Shown here: positions 1-7,869 of the stretch, one piece after another
How positions within the stretch are numbered: position 1 is the first letter of the stretch
Layout: the number at the start of each line of letters is the position of its first letter
Assembly: GCA_016215655.1 (NCBI GenBank)
Contig: JACRIT010000016.1
Span: forward strand, 28,626-92,625
Source: Acidimicrobiia bacterium
GTDB lineage: Bacteria > Actinomycetota > Acidimicrobiia > Spongiisociales > UBA11373
Reading direction: 5' to 3'
Length of the DNA: 64,000 bases
The notes under the pieces: generated by a model
Seen by the model: only the letters and a program-made list of their open reading frames with translations
Told to the model about the DNA's origin: nothing
Databases searched by the model: none
Translations under genes and position numbers: made by a program

Positions 1-270
1 CTTGTCGCCGACGCCTCCGGTGGAGTGCTTGTCGACCTTGGGGGCGGCGATGTGGGAGAAGTCGAGGACGTCGCCGGAATGGAGCATGGCATCGGTCCAC
101 ACCGCCAGCTCATCGGCGGAGAGGCCGCGCAGCAGGATCGCCATGAGCAGGGCTGACATCTGGTAATCCGGGATGGCATCGGCGGTGTATCCGGCGATGA
201 GCGCGCGAATCTCCTCGGCAGCCAGGGCGTGTCCGTCGCGCTTGCGTTCGATCGATTCGACGACGTTCAT
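1..270 (-). CDS. deoA: thymidine / pyrimidine-nucleoside phosphorylase, N-terminal part (3' end lies outside the window)
   Basis: Reverse translation from ATG 270-268 gives MNVVESIERKRDGHALAAEEIRALIAGYTADAIPDYQMSALLMAILLRGLSADELAVWTDAML...VDKHSTGGVGDK. This is the N-terminal helical domain plus the KHSTGGVGD phosphate-binding motif. Absent from the ORF track because it is truncated by the window edge. Confidence 0.85.
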   Translation of the reverse strand, partial: MNVVESIERKRDGHALAAEEIRALIAGYTADAIPDYQMSALLMAILLRGLSADELAVWTDAMLHSGDVLDFSHIAAPKVDKHSTGGVGDK

Positions 271-545
271 CTTCGGGCCATTGTGCCCACGCGGGAGCCT
301 TCGACGCGAATACCCTCAGCCCGGAGTCGCCGCGCCTGCTCGCGCTCGGCGCCGGGAACGAGCCTCCCTCCCGCCGCCACCACCCGCCACCACGGATACT
401 CGCCGTGCGACGCAGCCAGGAGCCGGCCCACGGCGCGCCCTGCCCCCGGATATCCGGCCTCCGCCGCCACCTCGCCATAGGTGACGACCTCGCCTGGCGC
501 GAGGCGCTCCAGGACGTCGGCGACGCGCTCCTGGAACACCGTCAT
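267..545 (-). CDS. alkyltransferase-like (ATL) / MGMT-family DNA-binding protein lacking the acceptor cysteine
   Basis: Last 92 aa of ORF 267..1415(-): MTVFQERVADVLERLAPGEVVTYGEVAAEAGYPGAGRAVGRLL..GEYPWWRVV. This is the MGMT C-terminal fold with PCHR replaced by PWWR. ATGA overlaps occur at both ends (268-270 and 542-545). Confidence 0.8.
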   Translation of the reverse strand: MTVFQERVADVLERLAPGEVVTYGEVAAEAGYPGAGRAVGRLLAASHGEYPWWRVVAAGGRLVPGAEREQARRLRAEGIRVEGSRVGTMARR

Positions 546-1159
546 GTCGTGCCGAACAGCCGGTCGCCCATGTCGCCCAGACCCGGACGGATGTAGAAGT
601 GATCGTTGAGATCGCGGTCGAGGGCGGCCACCACGATGCGGACGTCGGGGTGCTCGCGTTCGATGCGGGCGACGCCCTTCGGGGCCGCCACGACGCACAG
701 TGCCGTGATCCGACTCGCCCCGGAGGCCTTGGCCTTGCCGATCGCCCACGACAGCGAGCCGCCGGTGGCCAGCATCGGTTCCAGAACGAGCACCGTGGCG
801 CGCTCGAGGTCGGGGGGTTTGAAGTAGTACTCGATCGGCTCGGCGGTCTCCTCGTTGCGCTGCACGCCGGCAAAACCGACCTTGACATAGGGGATGAGAT
901 CGATGACCGCGTCGAGCAGCCCCAGTCCGGCGCGCAACACCGCGATGGCCACGACCTTCGAGGTCTCGAATCCCGTCGTCGCCTCGAGTGGGGTCTCCAC
1001 CGGGCGTTCGTTCACCGGCAGGTCGCGGGTTGCCTCGAGGGTGAGGAAGTAGCACAACCGGCGTGCCGCCGACCGGAACTCCTCCGGCATGGTGCCCTTG
1101 TCGCGCAGGACGGTCAGATAGTGCTTGGCGAGGGGGTGATCGAGGACGGTCAGGCTCAT
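542..1159 (-). CDS. upp: uracil phosphoribosyltransferase
   Basis: ORF 542..1336(-), start taken at MSLTVLDHPLAKHYLTVLRDK. It has the PRPP loop VLVLEPMLATGGS and the C-terminal YIRPGLGDMGDRLFGT. Confidence 0.9.
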   Translation of the reverse strand: MSLTVLDHPLAKHYLTVLRDKGTMPEEFRSAARRLCYFLTLEATRDLPVNERPVETPLEATTGFETSKVVAIAVLRAGLGLLDAVIDLIPYVKVGFAGVQRNEETAEPIEYYFKPPDLERATVLVLEPMLATGGSLSWAIGKAKASGASRITALCVVAAPKGVARIEREHPDVRIVVAALDRDLNDHFYIRPGLGDMGDRLFGTT

Positions 1160-1240
1160 GAGCGCTCCCCGGGAGGTATGGAGGGAGGGTAGTGAGGGGT
1201 CGGCCGCGTGTCGGCCGCCTGGTGGCGGCCTTCTGCTCAG

Positions 1241-1313
1241 GCGCAATTCGCAATTCGTCAGAAGGCGTGGATGGCGTCTCGACGCGTCTGGCGAATTGCG
1301 AATTGCGAATTGC
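1241..1313. repeat. heptad-repeat palindromic element E1 (GCAATTC x2 / GCGAATT x3 arms around a core CCAGACGCGTCG on the minus strand)
   Basis: gcaattcgcaattcg (1243-1257) is the perfect reverse complement of cgaattgcgaattgc (1292-1306). The 34-nt loop contains cgacgcgtctgg, the reverse complement of the core shared with the other elements. It lies between the divergent upp and ffh genes. Confidence 0.8.
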
Positions 1314-1359
1314 AGTCCGCCGTCGCCCCACCGCACCGCGCCCCCTAGCCTGCGGCGCG

Positions 1360-2700
1360 ATGTTCGACAGTCTCACCACTCGCCTAGGAGCCGTGTTCGA
1401 GCGCCTGCGCGGCAAGGGCCGGCTGTCCGAGGCCGACGTCGCTGCCGCGCTCGGCGAGGTGCGCCTCGCCCTGCTCGAGGCAGACGTTCACGTCGAGGTG
1501 GTGAAGCGGTTCCTCGATCGGGTGCGTGCCCGCACCGTCGGCACCGAGGTGCGGTCGAGCCTCACCCCCGGCCAGCAGGTGGTGAAGATCGTCCACGACG
1601 AGCTGGTGACCACCCTGGGCCGCGATGCCGTCCCGCTCGCGGTCGCTCCCCGCCCGCCCCTCGTCGTCCTCATCGCCGGTCTCCAAGGATCGGGAAAGAC
1701 CACCACGGCCGCCAAACTCGCCGAACGCCTCAGAGCCCAGGGGAAGCACCCTCTGCTCGTCGCTGCCGACCTGCAGCGCCCGGCTGCCATCGATCAGCTC
1801 GAGGTCCTCGGTGCTCGGATCGGAGTGCCGGTGCATGCCGACCGGAGGGGAAAGCCGGAGCGCCTCGTCCGCGAGGCCCGCAAGCGCGCCATCGACGAAG
1901 GCCTCGATGCGATCGTCATCGACACCGCCGGACGGCTTCAGATCGACGATGTCCTCATGTCCGAGCTGGCGGCGGTGCGCAAGGCGGCGGAGCCGCATGA
2001 GGTACTCCTCGTCCTCGATGCCATGACCGGCCAGGACGCCGTCGCCGTGGCCAGGGGGTTCCTCGAACGGGCGGAGGTGACCGGTCTCGTGTTCACCAAA
2101 CTCGACGGTGATGCCCGCGGGGGCGCCGCCATCTCGGCTCGCGAGGTCACCGGTCGCCCCATCAAGTTCGTGGGCGTGGGGGAGGGATCGGGAGACCTCG
2201 AGGTATTCCATCCCCAGCGCATGGCTTCACGCATCCTGGGGATGGGTGATGTGATGACACTCATCGAAAAGGCCGAGGCCAGCTTCGACGCGGCCGAGGC
2301 GGCAGCGGCCGCCGAGAAGCTGCGCACGGTGTCATTCACCCTCGAGGACTTCCTCGGCCAGTTCCAGCAATTGCGCCGGATGGGCGGGATGGGACAGTTG
2401 CTTGGTATGCTGCCGGGCGCCACCACGGCCTCGTTGAAGGCCGGGGTGTCCGACGCCGACCTCGGACGGGTAGAGGCGATCATCAGATCGATGACCCCGG
2501 ACGAGCGGCGGAATCCAAAGATCATCGACGGAAGCCGCAAGCGGCGCATCGCCACTGGGTCGGGAACCTCCCCCCATGACGTGAACGGCCTGCTGCGGCA
2601 ATTCGGCGAGACACAGAAGCTGATGAAGGCCTTGGCCGAGGGAAAGAGCCCGATACCGGGGCTCGCAATGCCCGGGGCGAGGCGAACGAGGAAGAGGTGA
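1360..2700 (+). CDS. ffh: signal recognition particle protein Ffh
   Basis: ORF 1192..2700, start at MFDSLTTRLGAVFERLRGKGRLSEADV. It has the GTPase motifs GLQGSGKTTTAAKL and DTAGRL, and an M-domain (GMGDVMTLIEKAE, RRMGGMGQLLGMLPG). Confidence 0.95.
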   Translation: MFDSLTTRLGAVFERLRGKGRLSEADVAAALGEVRLALLEADVHVEVVKRFLDRVRARTVGTEVRSSLTPGQQVVKIVHDELVTTLGRDAVPLAVAPRPPLVVLIAGLQGSGKTTTAAKLAERLRAQGKHPLLVAADLQRPAAIDQLEVLGARIGVPVHADRRGKPERLVREARKRAIDEGLDAIVIDTAGRLQIDDVLMSELAAVRKAAEPHEVLLVLDAMTGQDAVAVARGFLERAEVTGLVFTKLDGDARGGAAISAREVTGRPIKFVGVGEGSGDLEVFHPQRMASRILGMGDVMTLIEKAEASFDAAEAAAAAEKLRTVSFTLEDFLGQFQQLRRMGGMGQLLGMLPGATTASLKAGVSDADLGRVEAIIRSMTPDERRNPKIIDGSRKRRIATGSGTSPHDVNGLLRQFGETQKLMKALAEGKSPIPGLAMPGARRTRKR

Positions 2701-2703
2701 CCC

Positions 2704-3114
2704 ATGGCGGTGAAGATCCGCCTGACGCGAATCGGGAAGAAGCGGCAGCCCTCCTACCGGGTGGTCGTGGCCGACTCGCGCGGCCCGCGTGACGGCCGCT
2801 ACATCGAGCAGATCGGGCGATACGATCCGCGCCAGGAGCCGTCGCTGGTGGAAATCGACACCGAGCGGGCCGCCTACTGGCTGTCCGTGGGTGCGCAGCC
2901 CTCCCCGCAGGCCAAGAAGCTGATCGAGATCGCACGCGGCGGTGCCAGGCCGGTCGCTCCGAAGCGCCCGCAGAACGTCCATGTCGTCGGCGAGGCGGCC
3001 CCGGCGGCCGAGTCGCTCGCGGCCAAGCCGCTTGCGGCCGTCATCGAGGTGGTCGAGGAGACCGCGGCCGACGTCGTCGAGACCGCTGCGGAACTCTCCG
3101 AGGAGACACCGTGA
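2704..3114 (+). CDS. rpsP: 30S ribosomal protein S16 (with Ala/Glu-rich C-terminal tail)
   Basis: [46 protein letters not shown] is a canonical S16 N-terminus. Confidence 0.95.
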   Translation: MAVKIRLTRIGKKRQPSYRVVVADSRGPRDGRYIEQIGRYDPRQEPSLVEIDTERAAYWLSVGAQPSPQAKKLIEIARGGARPVAPKRPQNVHVVGEAAPAAESLAAKPLAAVIEVVEETAADVVETAAELSEETP

Positions 3115-3359
3115 GAGGCGAAATCGTCCAGCGCGTGGTCGAGTACATCTCGAAGGAGATCGTCGAGAACCCCGACGAGGTGACGGTCACGATCGTCGAG
3201 GAGGGACCCGACGAGGTGATCGCCGAAGTGCGTGCCGCCAAAGGGGACATGGGCCGGGTGATCGGTCGTCGCGGGCGGGTGGCGAAGGCGATCCGGGTGC
3301 TCGCCCAGGCCGCAGCCGACGAGGAAGGGCTGCAGGCCCGGGTCGAGTTCATCGATTGA
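3111..3359 (+). CDS. KH-domain RNA-binding protein (YlqC/UPF0109 family)
   Basis: 82 aa with the KH GXXG loop [18 protein letters not shown] start overlaps the rpsP stop (GTGA). It sits in the conserved position between rpsP and rimM. Confidence 0.85.
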   Translation: MRGEIVQRVVEYISKEIVENPDEVTVTIVEEGPDEVIAEVRAAKGDMGRVIGRRGRVAKAIRVLAQAAADEEGLQARVEFID

Positions 3360-3360
3360 G

Positions 3361-3858
3361 GTGAGCACCGACGGGCTGGTGCGGATCGGCCGGATCGGCA
3401 GACCTCACGGCCTGCGCGGAGGGATCACGATCGTCCCCGAGGTGGAGCTCGATCGACTGTCCCCGGGCACCGTGGTCTCCAGTGACGATGGCCGCGAATT
3501 CGTCATTGCCGCCTCCAGTCGGTACCGCGACCGCGGTGCGGTGGTGCAGTTCGTCGGCATCGATTCGCGGGAGGCGGCCGAGGCGTTGCGGGGGACGTCG
3601 ATCTCGATGCCGGCCTTCGCTCGGCCACCGCTGGGTGGCGGCGAGTACTGGGCCGAGGACCTCATCGGGATCACCGCGGTGGCCCCGGATGGGGCCGTGC
3701 TGGGAACGATCACCGCCGTGGACACCGGCGTCGGCCAAGACCGCCTCGTGGTGACCACCCCGGGCGGCACCGAGGTGCTCGTGCCCTTCGTCGGAGCCTT
3801 CGTGGGTGATCCCGAACAGGGTCGCATCGAGATCAGGGATCCCGGCGGTCTGTTCTGA
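3361..3858 (+). CDS. rimM: 16S rRNA processing protein RimM
   Basis: LVRIGRIGRPHGLRGGITI N-terminal motif, a PRC-barrel C-terminus, and synteny after rpsP-KH. Confidence 0.9.
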   Translation: MSTDGLVRIGRIGRPHGLRGGITIVPEVELDRLSPGTVVSSDDGREFVIAASSRYRDRGAVVQFVGIDSREAAEALRGTSISMPAFARPPLGGGEYWAEDLIGITAVAPDGAVLGTITAVDTGVGQDRLVVTTPGGTEVLVPFVGAFVGDPEQGRIEIRDPGGLF

Positions 3859-3887
3859 ATCTTCTCTTCGGCTCAGCCGTGTGCCGG

Positions 3888-3910
3888 CGTCACCGGCTCA
3901 GCCGGTGACG
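3888..3910. terminator. 10-bp perfect hairpin between convergent rimM and cupredoxin genes (putative bidirectional terminator)
   Basis: cgtcaccggc (3888-3897), loop tca, gccggtgacg (3901-3910). No T-tract, and it overlaps the cupredoxin stop codon. Confidence 0.45.
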
Positions 3911-4329
3911 GTGATCGTTCCCTGCATGGATCCGTGGATCTGGCAGACGAAGTCGTAGGTGCCGGGCTGGTCGAAGCTGATCTCGAAGGTGTCACCGGAC
4001 GACTTCTCCCCCGACGACCAGGATCCATCGACGGCACTCGCCGTGTGGGTTCCGCCGGTGAAGACGAAGGTCACCGTCTGGCCGACGGTGATCTCCACGT
4101 CGGCGGGCGTGAACTGGAAGTTCGCCACGGTGATGGTGGCGCCACCGGCAACGGTGGTCACCGACACCCCCGTCGTGACCGTGGTCGTGACCGTGGTCGT
4201 GGCAGTGGTCGTGGCAGTGGTCGTGGCGGTGGTGGTCTCGGTGGCGTCGTCGTCTCCGCACGCCGACACCACGGCGAGCACGGCGACGGCCAACACGGCG
4301 ACGGTGCGGTGCAGGCGCAGTCCGAACAT
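3898..4329 (-). CDS. cupredoxin (plastocyanin/halocyanin-like blue copper) lipoprotein
   Basis: C-terminal 143 aa of ORF 3898..5484(-): MFGLRLHRTVAVLAVAVLAVVSAC (lipobox), then a Thr-rich linker. Type-1 Cu ligand pattern is GGTHT ... CQIHGSM. Confidence 0.85.
   Translation of the reverse strand: MFGLRLHRTVAVLAVAVLAVVSACGDDDATETTTATTTATTTATTTVTTTVTTGVSVTTVAGGATITVANFQFTPADVEITVGQTVTFVFTGGTHTASAVDGSWSSGEKSSGDTFEISFDQPGTYDFVCQIHGSMQGTITVTG
4174..4233. repeat. five tandem 12-nt units encoding the (T-T-T-A/V) linker of the cupredoxin
   Basis: cgtgaccgtggt x2, cgtggcagtggt x2, cgtggcggtggt, read directly at 4174-4233. The period is in frame. Confidence 0.8.
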
Positions 4330-4415
4330 GGGCCCCTCCCGATGGTTGCGAGTAGCTGGGGAGGCTACCGCCGGCCGGGTCGCTACTCGTGCCGGCCGGC
4401 CGAGTCGGATCGCTC

Positions 4416-5414
4416 CTAGAACCGGGCGATGCGCTCGATGAGATCGACGACTCGGTTCGAGTATCCCCATTCGTTGTCGTACCAGGCCAGGACCTTCACC
4501 ATGGTCCCGCCCAGGACGATGGTGGAGTGGGCATCGAAGATCGACGAGTGGGGGTTGCCAATCACATCGCTCGAGACGAGGTGGTCCTGCGAGTACTCGA
4601 TGATGCCGGCGAACGGACCCTCGGCGGCGCGACGAATCGCCGCGTTGACCTCGTCGGCGGTCACGGCCCGCTCGAGTTCCACGACGAGGTCGACGGTCGA
4701 TCCGTCGGGCACGGGCACCCGCATCGCCATACCGTCGAGGCGGCCCTTCAGCTTGGGGAGGACTTCGGCAACGGCCTTGGCGGCGCCGGTCGAGGTGGGG
4801 ATGATGTTCTCGGTGGCGGCGCGGCTGCGGCGGAAGTCCTTGTGGGGGACGTCGGCGAGGCGCTGGTCGTTGGTGTAGGCGTGCACCGTCGTCATCACCC
4901 CGCGCTTGATCCCGAATGCCTCGTCGAGGACCTTGGCCACCGGGGCGAGGCAGTTCGTGGTGCACGAGGCATTGGAGATGAGGAGATCCTCGGGGCCCAG
5001 ATCGGCGTCGTTGACGCCGAGCACGATGGTGGCGTCGAGGGCGTCCTTGGGCGGCACGGTGAGGATCACCCGTTTGGCGCCTGCGGTGAGGTGCTTGCTC
5101 ACCGATGCCCGGTCCCGGAAGGCGCCGGTCGACTCGATGACCACGTCGACCTCGAGCTCCGCCCAGGGAAGGGCTGCGGGATCCTTCTCGGTGAGCAGAC
5201 GGACCTTCTGGCCGCCGGCGATGAGGTGGTGGTCGACGACCTTCACCTCGCCCGGGAACACGCCCATCACCGTGTCGAACTTGAGGAGGTAGGCCTCCAT
5301 CTCGTCGGAGGCGAGGTCGTTGATGGCGACGATCTCGATGCCGCGATCTCGCTGGGTGATGACCCGAAACACCGACCTGCCGATCCGCCCAAAGCCGTTG
5401 ATCGCCACCCTCAT
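4416..5414 (-). CDS. gap: glyceraldehyde-3-phosphate dehydrogenase (type I, catalytically complete)
   Basis: Starts MRVAINGFGRIGR. It has the active site SNASCTTNCLAP, plus TTVHAYTNDQ, STGAAKAV and WYDNEWGYS. Confidence 0.95.
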   Translation of the reverse strand: MRVAINGFGRIGRSVFRVITQRDRGIEIVAINDLASDEMEAYLLKFDTVMGVFPGEVKVVDHHLIAGGQKVRLLTEKDPAALPWAELEVDVVIESTGAFRDRASVSKHLTAGAKRVILTVPPKDALDATIVLGVNDADLGPEDLLISNASCTTNCLAPVAKVLDEAFGIKRGVMTTVHAYTNDQRLADVPHKDFRRSRAATENIIPTSTGAAKAVAEVLPKLKGRLDGMAMRVPVPDGSTVDLVVELERAVTADEVNAAIRRAAEGPFAGIIEYSQDHLVSSDVIGNPHSSIFDAHSTIVLGGTMVKVLAWYDNEWGYSNRVVDLIERIARF

Positions 5415-6445
5415 CGGTTGCCTCCCTCGAATCCGGCGAGCAGACCGATGGCGTCGACCACGCGAGCGGCGTAGCCCCACCCATTGTCGAACCAGGTGAT
5501 GCATTTGAGCATGGTGGGGTCGGGCATCATCGTCGCCAGCCCATCCCACACCGCCGAGTGGGTGTTGCCGATCACGTCACTCGACACGACAGGATCCTCG
5601 GTGTATTCGATGACCGTCGAGGTGGCAGCAGCCTCCCGGATGGCGGCGTTCACGGCGGCCTTGTCCGTCGGGGTCTTCAGGAACGCCACCAGGTCGACGT
5701 TCGAGCCATCGGCCACCGGGACGTTGAGAGCCATGCCGGCGAGCTTCCCGGTGAGTTCCGGGAGCACGAGCTCGATGATCTCCACCGAGTTCGTGGTCGT
5801 CGGAATGATGTTCTCGGCGGCGGCACGACTGGTGCGGAACTCACCACCCGGGACGTCGGCAAGGCGCTGCTCGTTCGTGTAGGCGTGAACCACCGTGAAC
5901 ATGGCACGCTCGATGCCGTAGCGGCCGTCGAGGATCTTGAGGATGGGCGCGAGCGCGTTGGACGTGTTCGAGCCCAATGCCACCAGACGGTCGTCGGGAC
6001 TGAGAAGGTGATCGTTGGCACCCATGATCACCGTGTCCATGTCTCCGGGGTGCTCTGGCGTCGAGGCGAGGATCACCCGCTTGGCGCCGCGTGCCAGGTG
6101 CCGGGCGCACTCCGCCTTCGTGCGATGTTTGCGGGTCGCCTGGACCACGATGTCGACGCCCAGAGAGGCCCAATCGGTGTCGCCGGGGTCGCGGTCCGCG
6201 AGCATCTTCACGCGTCGATCGCCGATGACGAGGTGCCCGTCGGTGAAGCCGACATCCTCCGGATAGCGTCCGAAGATCGTGTCGTACTCGAGCAGATAGG
6301 CGAGTGCGGCCGGATCCGCGATGTCGACGATGGCGGCCACTTCGATGTCGGACCGGTTCGCCACCTGACGGAAGACGTTGCGCCCGATCCCGCCAAACCC
6401 CATCAGCCCGATGCGGGTGGGGGGAGTCGCCTGCTGACGCGCCAT
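5411..6445 (-). CDS. GAPDH-like paralog lacking the catalytic cysteine (putative pseudoenzyme)
   Basis: Full-length GAPDH fold (IGLMGFGGIGRNVF, VVHAYTNEQRLAD, WFDNGWGYAARV). SNASCTTNCLAP is replaced by SNTSNALAP, STGAAKAV by TTTNSVEI, and MRVPV by LNVPV. An ATGA overlap joins it to gap. Confidence 0.85.
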   Translation of the reverse strand: MARQQATPPTRIGLMGFGGIGRNVFRQVANRSDIEVAAIVDIADPAALAYLLEYDTIFGRYPEDVGFTDGHLVIGDRRVKMLADRDPGDTDWASLGVDIVVQATRKHRTKAECARHLARGAKRVILASTPEHPGDMDTVIMGANDHLLSPDDRLVALGSNTSNALAPILKILDGRYGIERAMFTVVHAYTNEQRLADVPGGEFRTSRAAAENIIPTTTNSVEIIELVLPELTGKLAGMALNVPVADGSNVDLVAFLKTPTDKAAVNAAIREAAATSTVIEYTEDPVVSSDVIGNTHSAVWDGLATMMPDPTMLKCITWFDNGWGYAARVVDAIGLLAGFEGGNR

Positions 6446-6493
6446 GACGGCGCCATCGTACCGAAGTCGCGCATGGGCCCGGCCGCGGCTGCG

Positions 6494-7831
6494 TCAGGGG
6501 AGCGTGGTGATACCGGCCGTCACGACCGCCGGGTCGATGGCGTCGAGATCGAACACCCGATGACGGACGACCAGCCGGATCGTCCCGAGGGCGCTCCACG
6601 CCGGTGGAAGCGATGCGGCGAGGACCGCGGCATCGCCGGTGACGCTGAAGCCGACCTCGACCACCCAGGTCGTGCCTTCGGCCACCCAGAACGAGAAGCT
6701 GTCCACCACGACACCTTCGAGCGTGCTGCCGAGAACCGGTCCGAGGGCCGCCGGATCCGGGCTGAACCCCAGTGCGTTGACGTCGTTGATGCGATGCCGG
6801 ACGGAGGACGCTCCCATGAGCGCGTCGAGGCCCGCGGCGGATGCGTCGAGCGGCCACGAGGCGCATCCCGCGGCCATCGATCGCACTGCCAGGTCCCCGG
6901 CCCCTGCGGTGCGCCAGGTGGCGTCGTCGCCGGCGTAGGTGAGCACTCCCGACACCATGGCCAGGTCCACGGTGACCTCCCCCTCGGGCTCGACCGTGCG
7001 CACCCGGCACCGCAGGTCCGTGCCGGCGACGACACCGGTTCGCTCGAGGAGCCTGGTGTCGGTGGCGCCCGCGACGGTGATCGTGGTCTCGAATCGGTAG
7101 CTGGGCCGTTCGGGCGCCTCCGTGGTGACGGGGGTGGAGGCCAGCGTGGCGATGGCTCGCTCCTGGACATCCTCGGCGAGGTACTGCAGGGGCACACGCA
7201 GGTCGGTGCCATCGGGGTGTTCCAGCGCGGCGTACACGACGAGGCGGCCGAGCCGGAACAACACGGCCGTCTCGCTCATCGCCCCCGCATCGAGATCGAT
7301 GAGCAGGCCGATCGACTCCTCGCCGACACGGATCGGGAACTCGGTGGCGGCTCGCGCCGCGGCGTCCGGGGCATGGGTGCCTCCCGTCCGTTTGATGATG
7401 TCGCCCGCCGTGTCGAGGAGATATCCATGGGCGGCCTCGGCGTCGGCGAGGAGGTCGATCCAGACGTGGGCGGTGCCCGACTCGGCGTCCATCGAGGTCA
7501 TCACGCCCACCTCGCGTCGGAACCCCAGGACGTCGGCAGCAGCATCGTCCGTGTCGGCGAGGCTCCGGGTGATGAGGTCGGGGTTGGTCACCACCACCGC
7601 CTCCCCCCCGGGGAGCATCGCCGCCAGGTCGGCACTCGTCAGGGGGCGTGCCGTCGCGTCGGGGAGAGCGAAGGCCTCCACCGGCACGGCGGTCGTGGTC
7701 GACGTCGTGATCGGAGCAACGTCGGCAGGGCCGGTTGCGTCACCGGGGGCCGTGCTCCCGGTGGCGCAGCCGGACGCCACCAGCGCCAGGCATGCCGCGG
7801 CGAGGCTCACGCGGGGAAACGCCGACTCCAT
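6494..7831 (-). CDS. hypothetical lipoprotein (445 aa)
   Basis: C-terminal part of ORF 6494..8824(-), from MESAFPRVSLAAACLALVASGC (lipobox). GC3-rich coding signal. No recognisable domain. Confidence 0.7.
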   Translation of the reverse strand: MESAFPRVSLAAACLALVASGCATGSTAPGDATGPADVAPITTSTTTAVPVEAFALPDATARPLTSADLAAMLPGGEAVVVTNPDLITRSLADTDDAAADVLGFRREVGVMTSMDAESGTAHVWIDLLADAEAAHGYLLDTAGDIIKRTGGTHAPDAAARAATEFPIRVGEESIGLLIDLDAGAMSETAVLFRLGRLVVYAALEHPDGTDLRVPLQYLAEDVQERAIATLASTPVTTEAPERPSYRFETTITVAGATDTRLLERTGVVAGTDLRCRVRTVEPEGEVTVDLAMVSGVLTYAGDDATWRTAGAGDLAVRSMAAGCASWPLDASAAGLDALMGASSVRHRINDVNALGFSPDPAALGPVLGSTLEGVVVDSFSFWVAEGTTWVVEVGFSVTGDAAVLAASLPPAWSALGTIRLVVRHRVFDLDAIDPAVVTAGITTLP

Positions 7832-7869
7832 GGAATAGGTGTCGGGTGATCGCTGCGCCGCCTTGAGGC

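Noticed and set aside
4330-4415. Inverted repeats (gcgagtagc / gctactcg, ccggccgg blocks) between gap and the cupredoxin gene as a terminator
   Set aside because: The stems are imperfect and the genes are co-directional with likely read-through. The evidence is too weak to call.
3898-5484. 528-aa ORF spanning the cupredoxin frame and upstream sequence
   Set aside because: Only the last 143 aa (from MFGLRL..., with lipobox) look like a protein. The rest is antisense or out of frame to gap and is Arg/Pro-rich.
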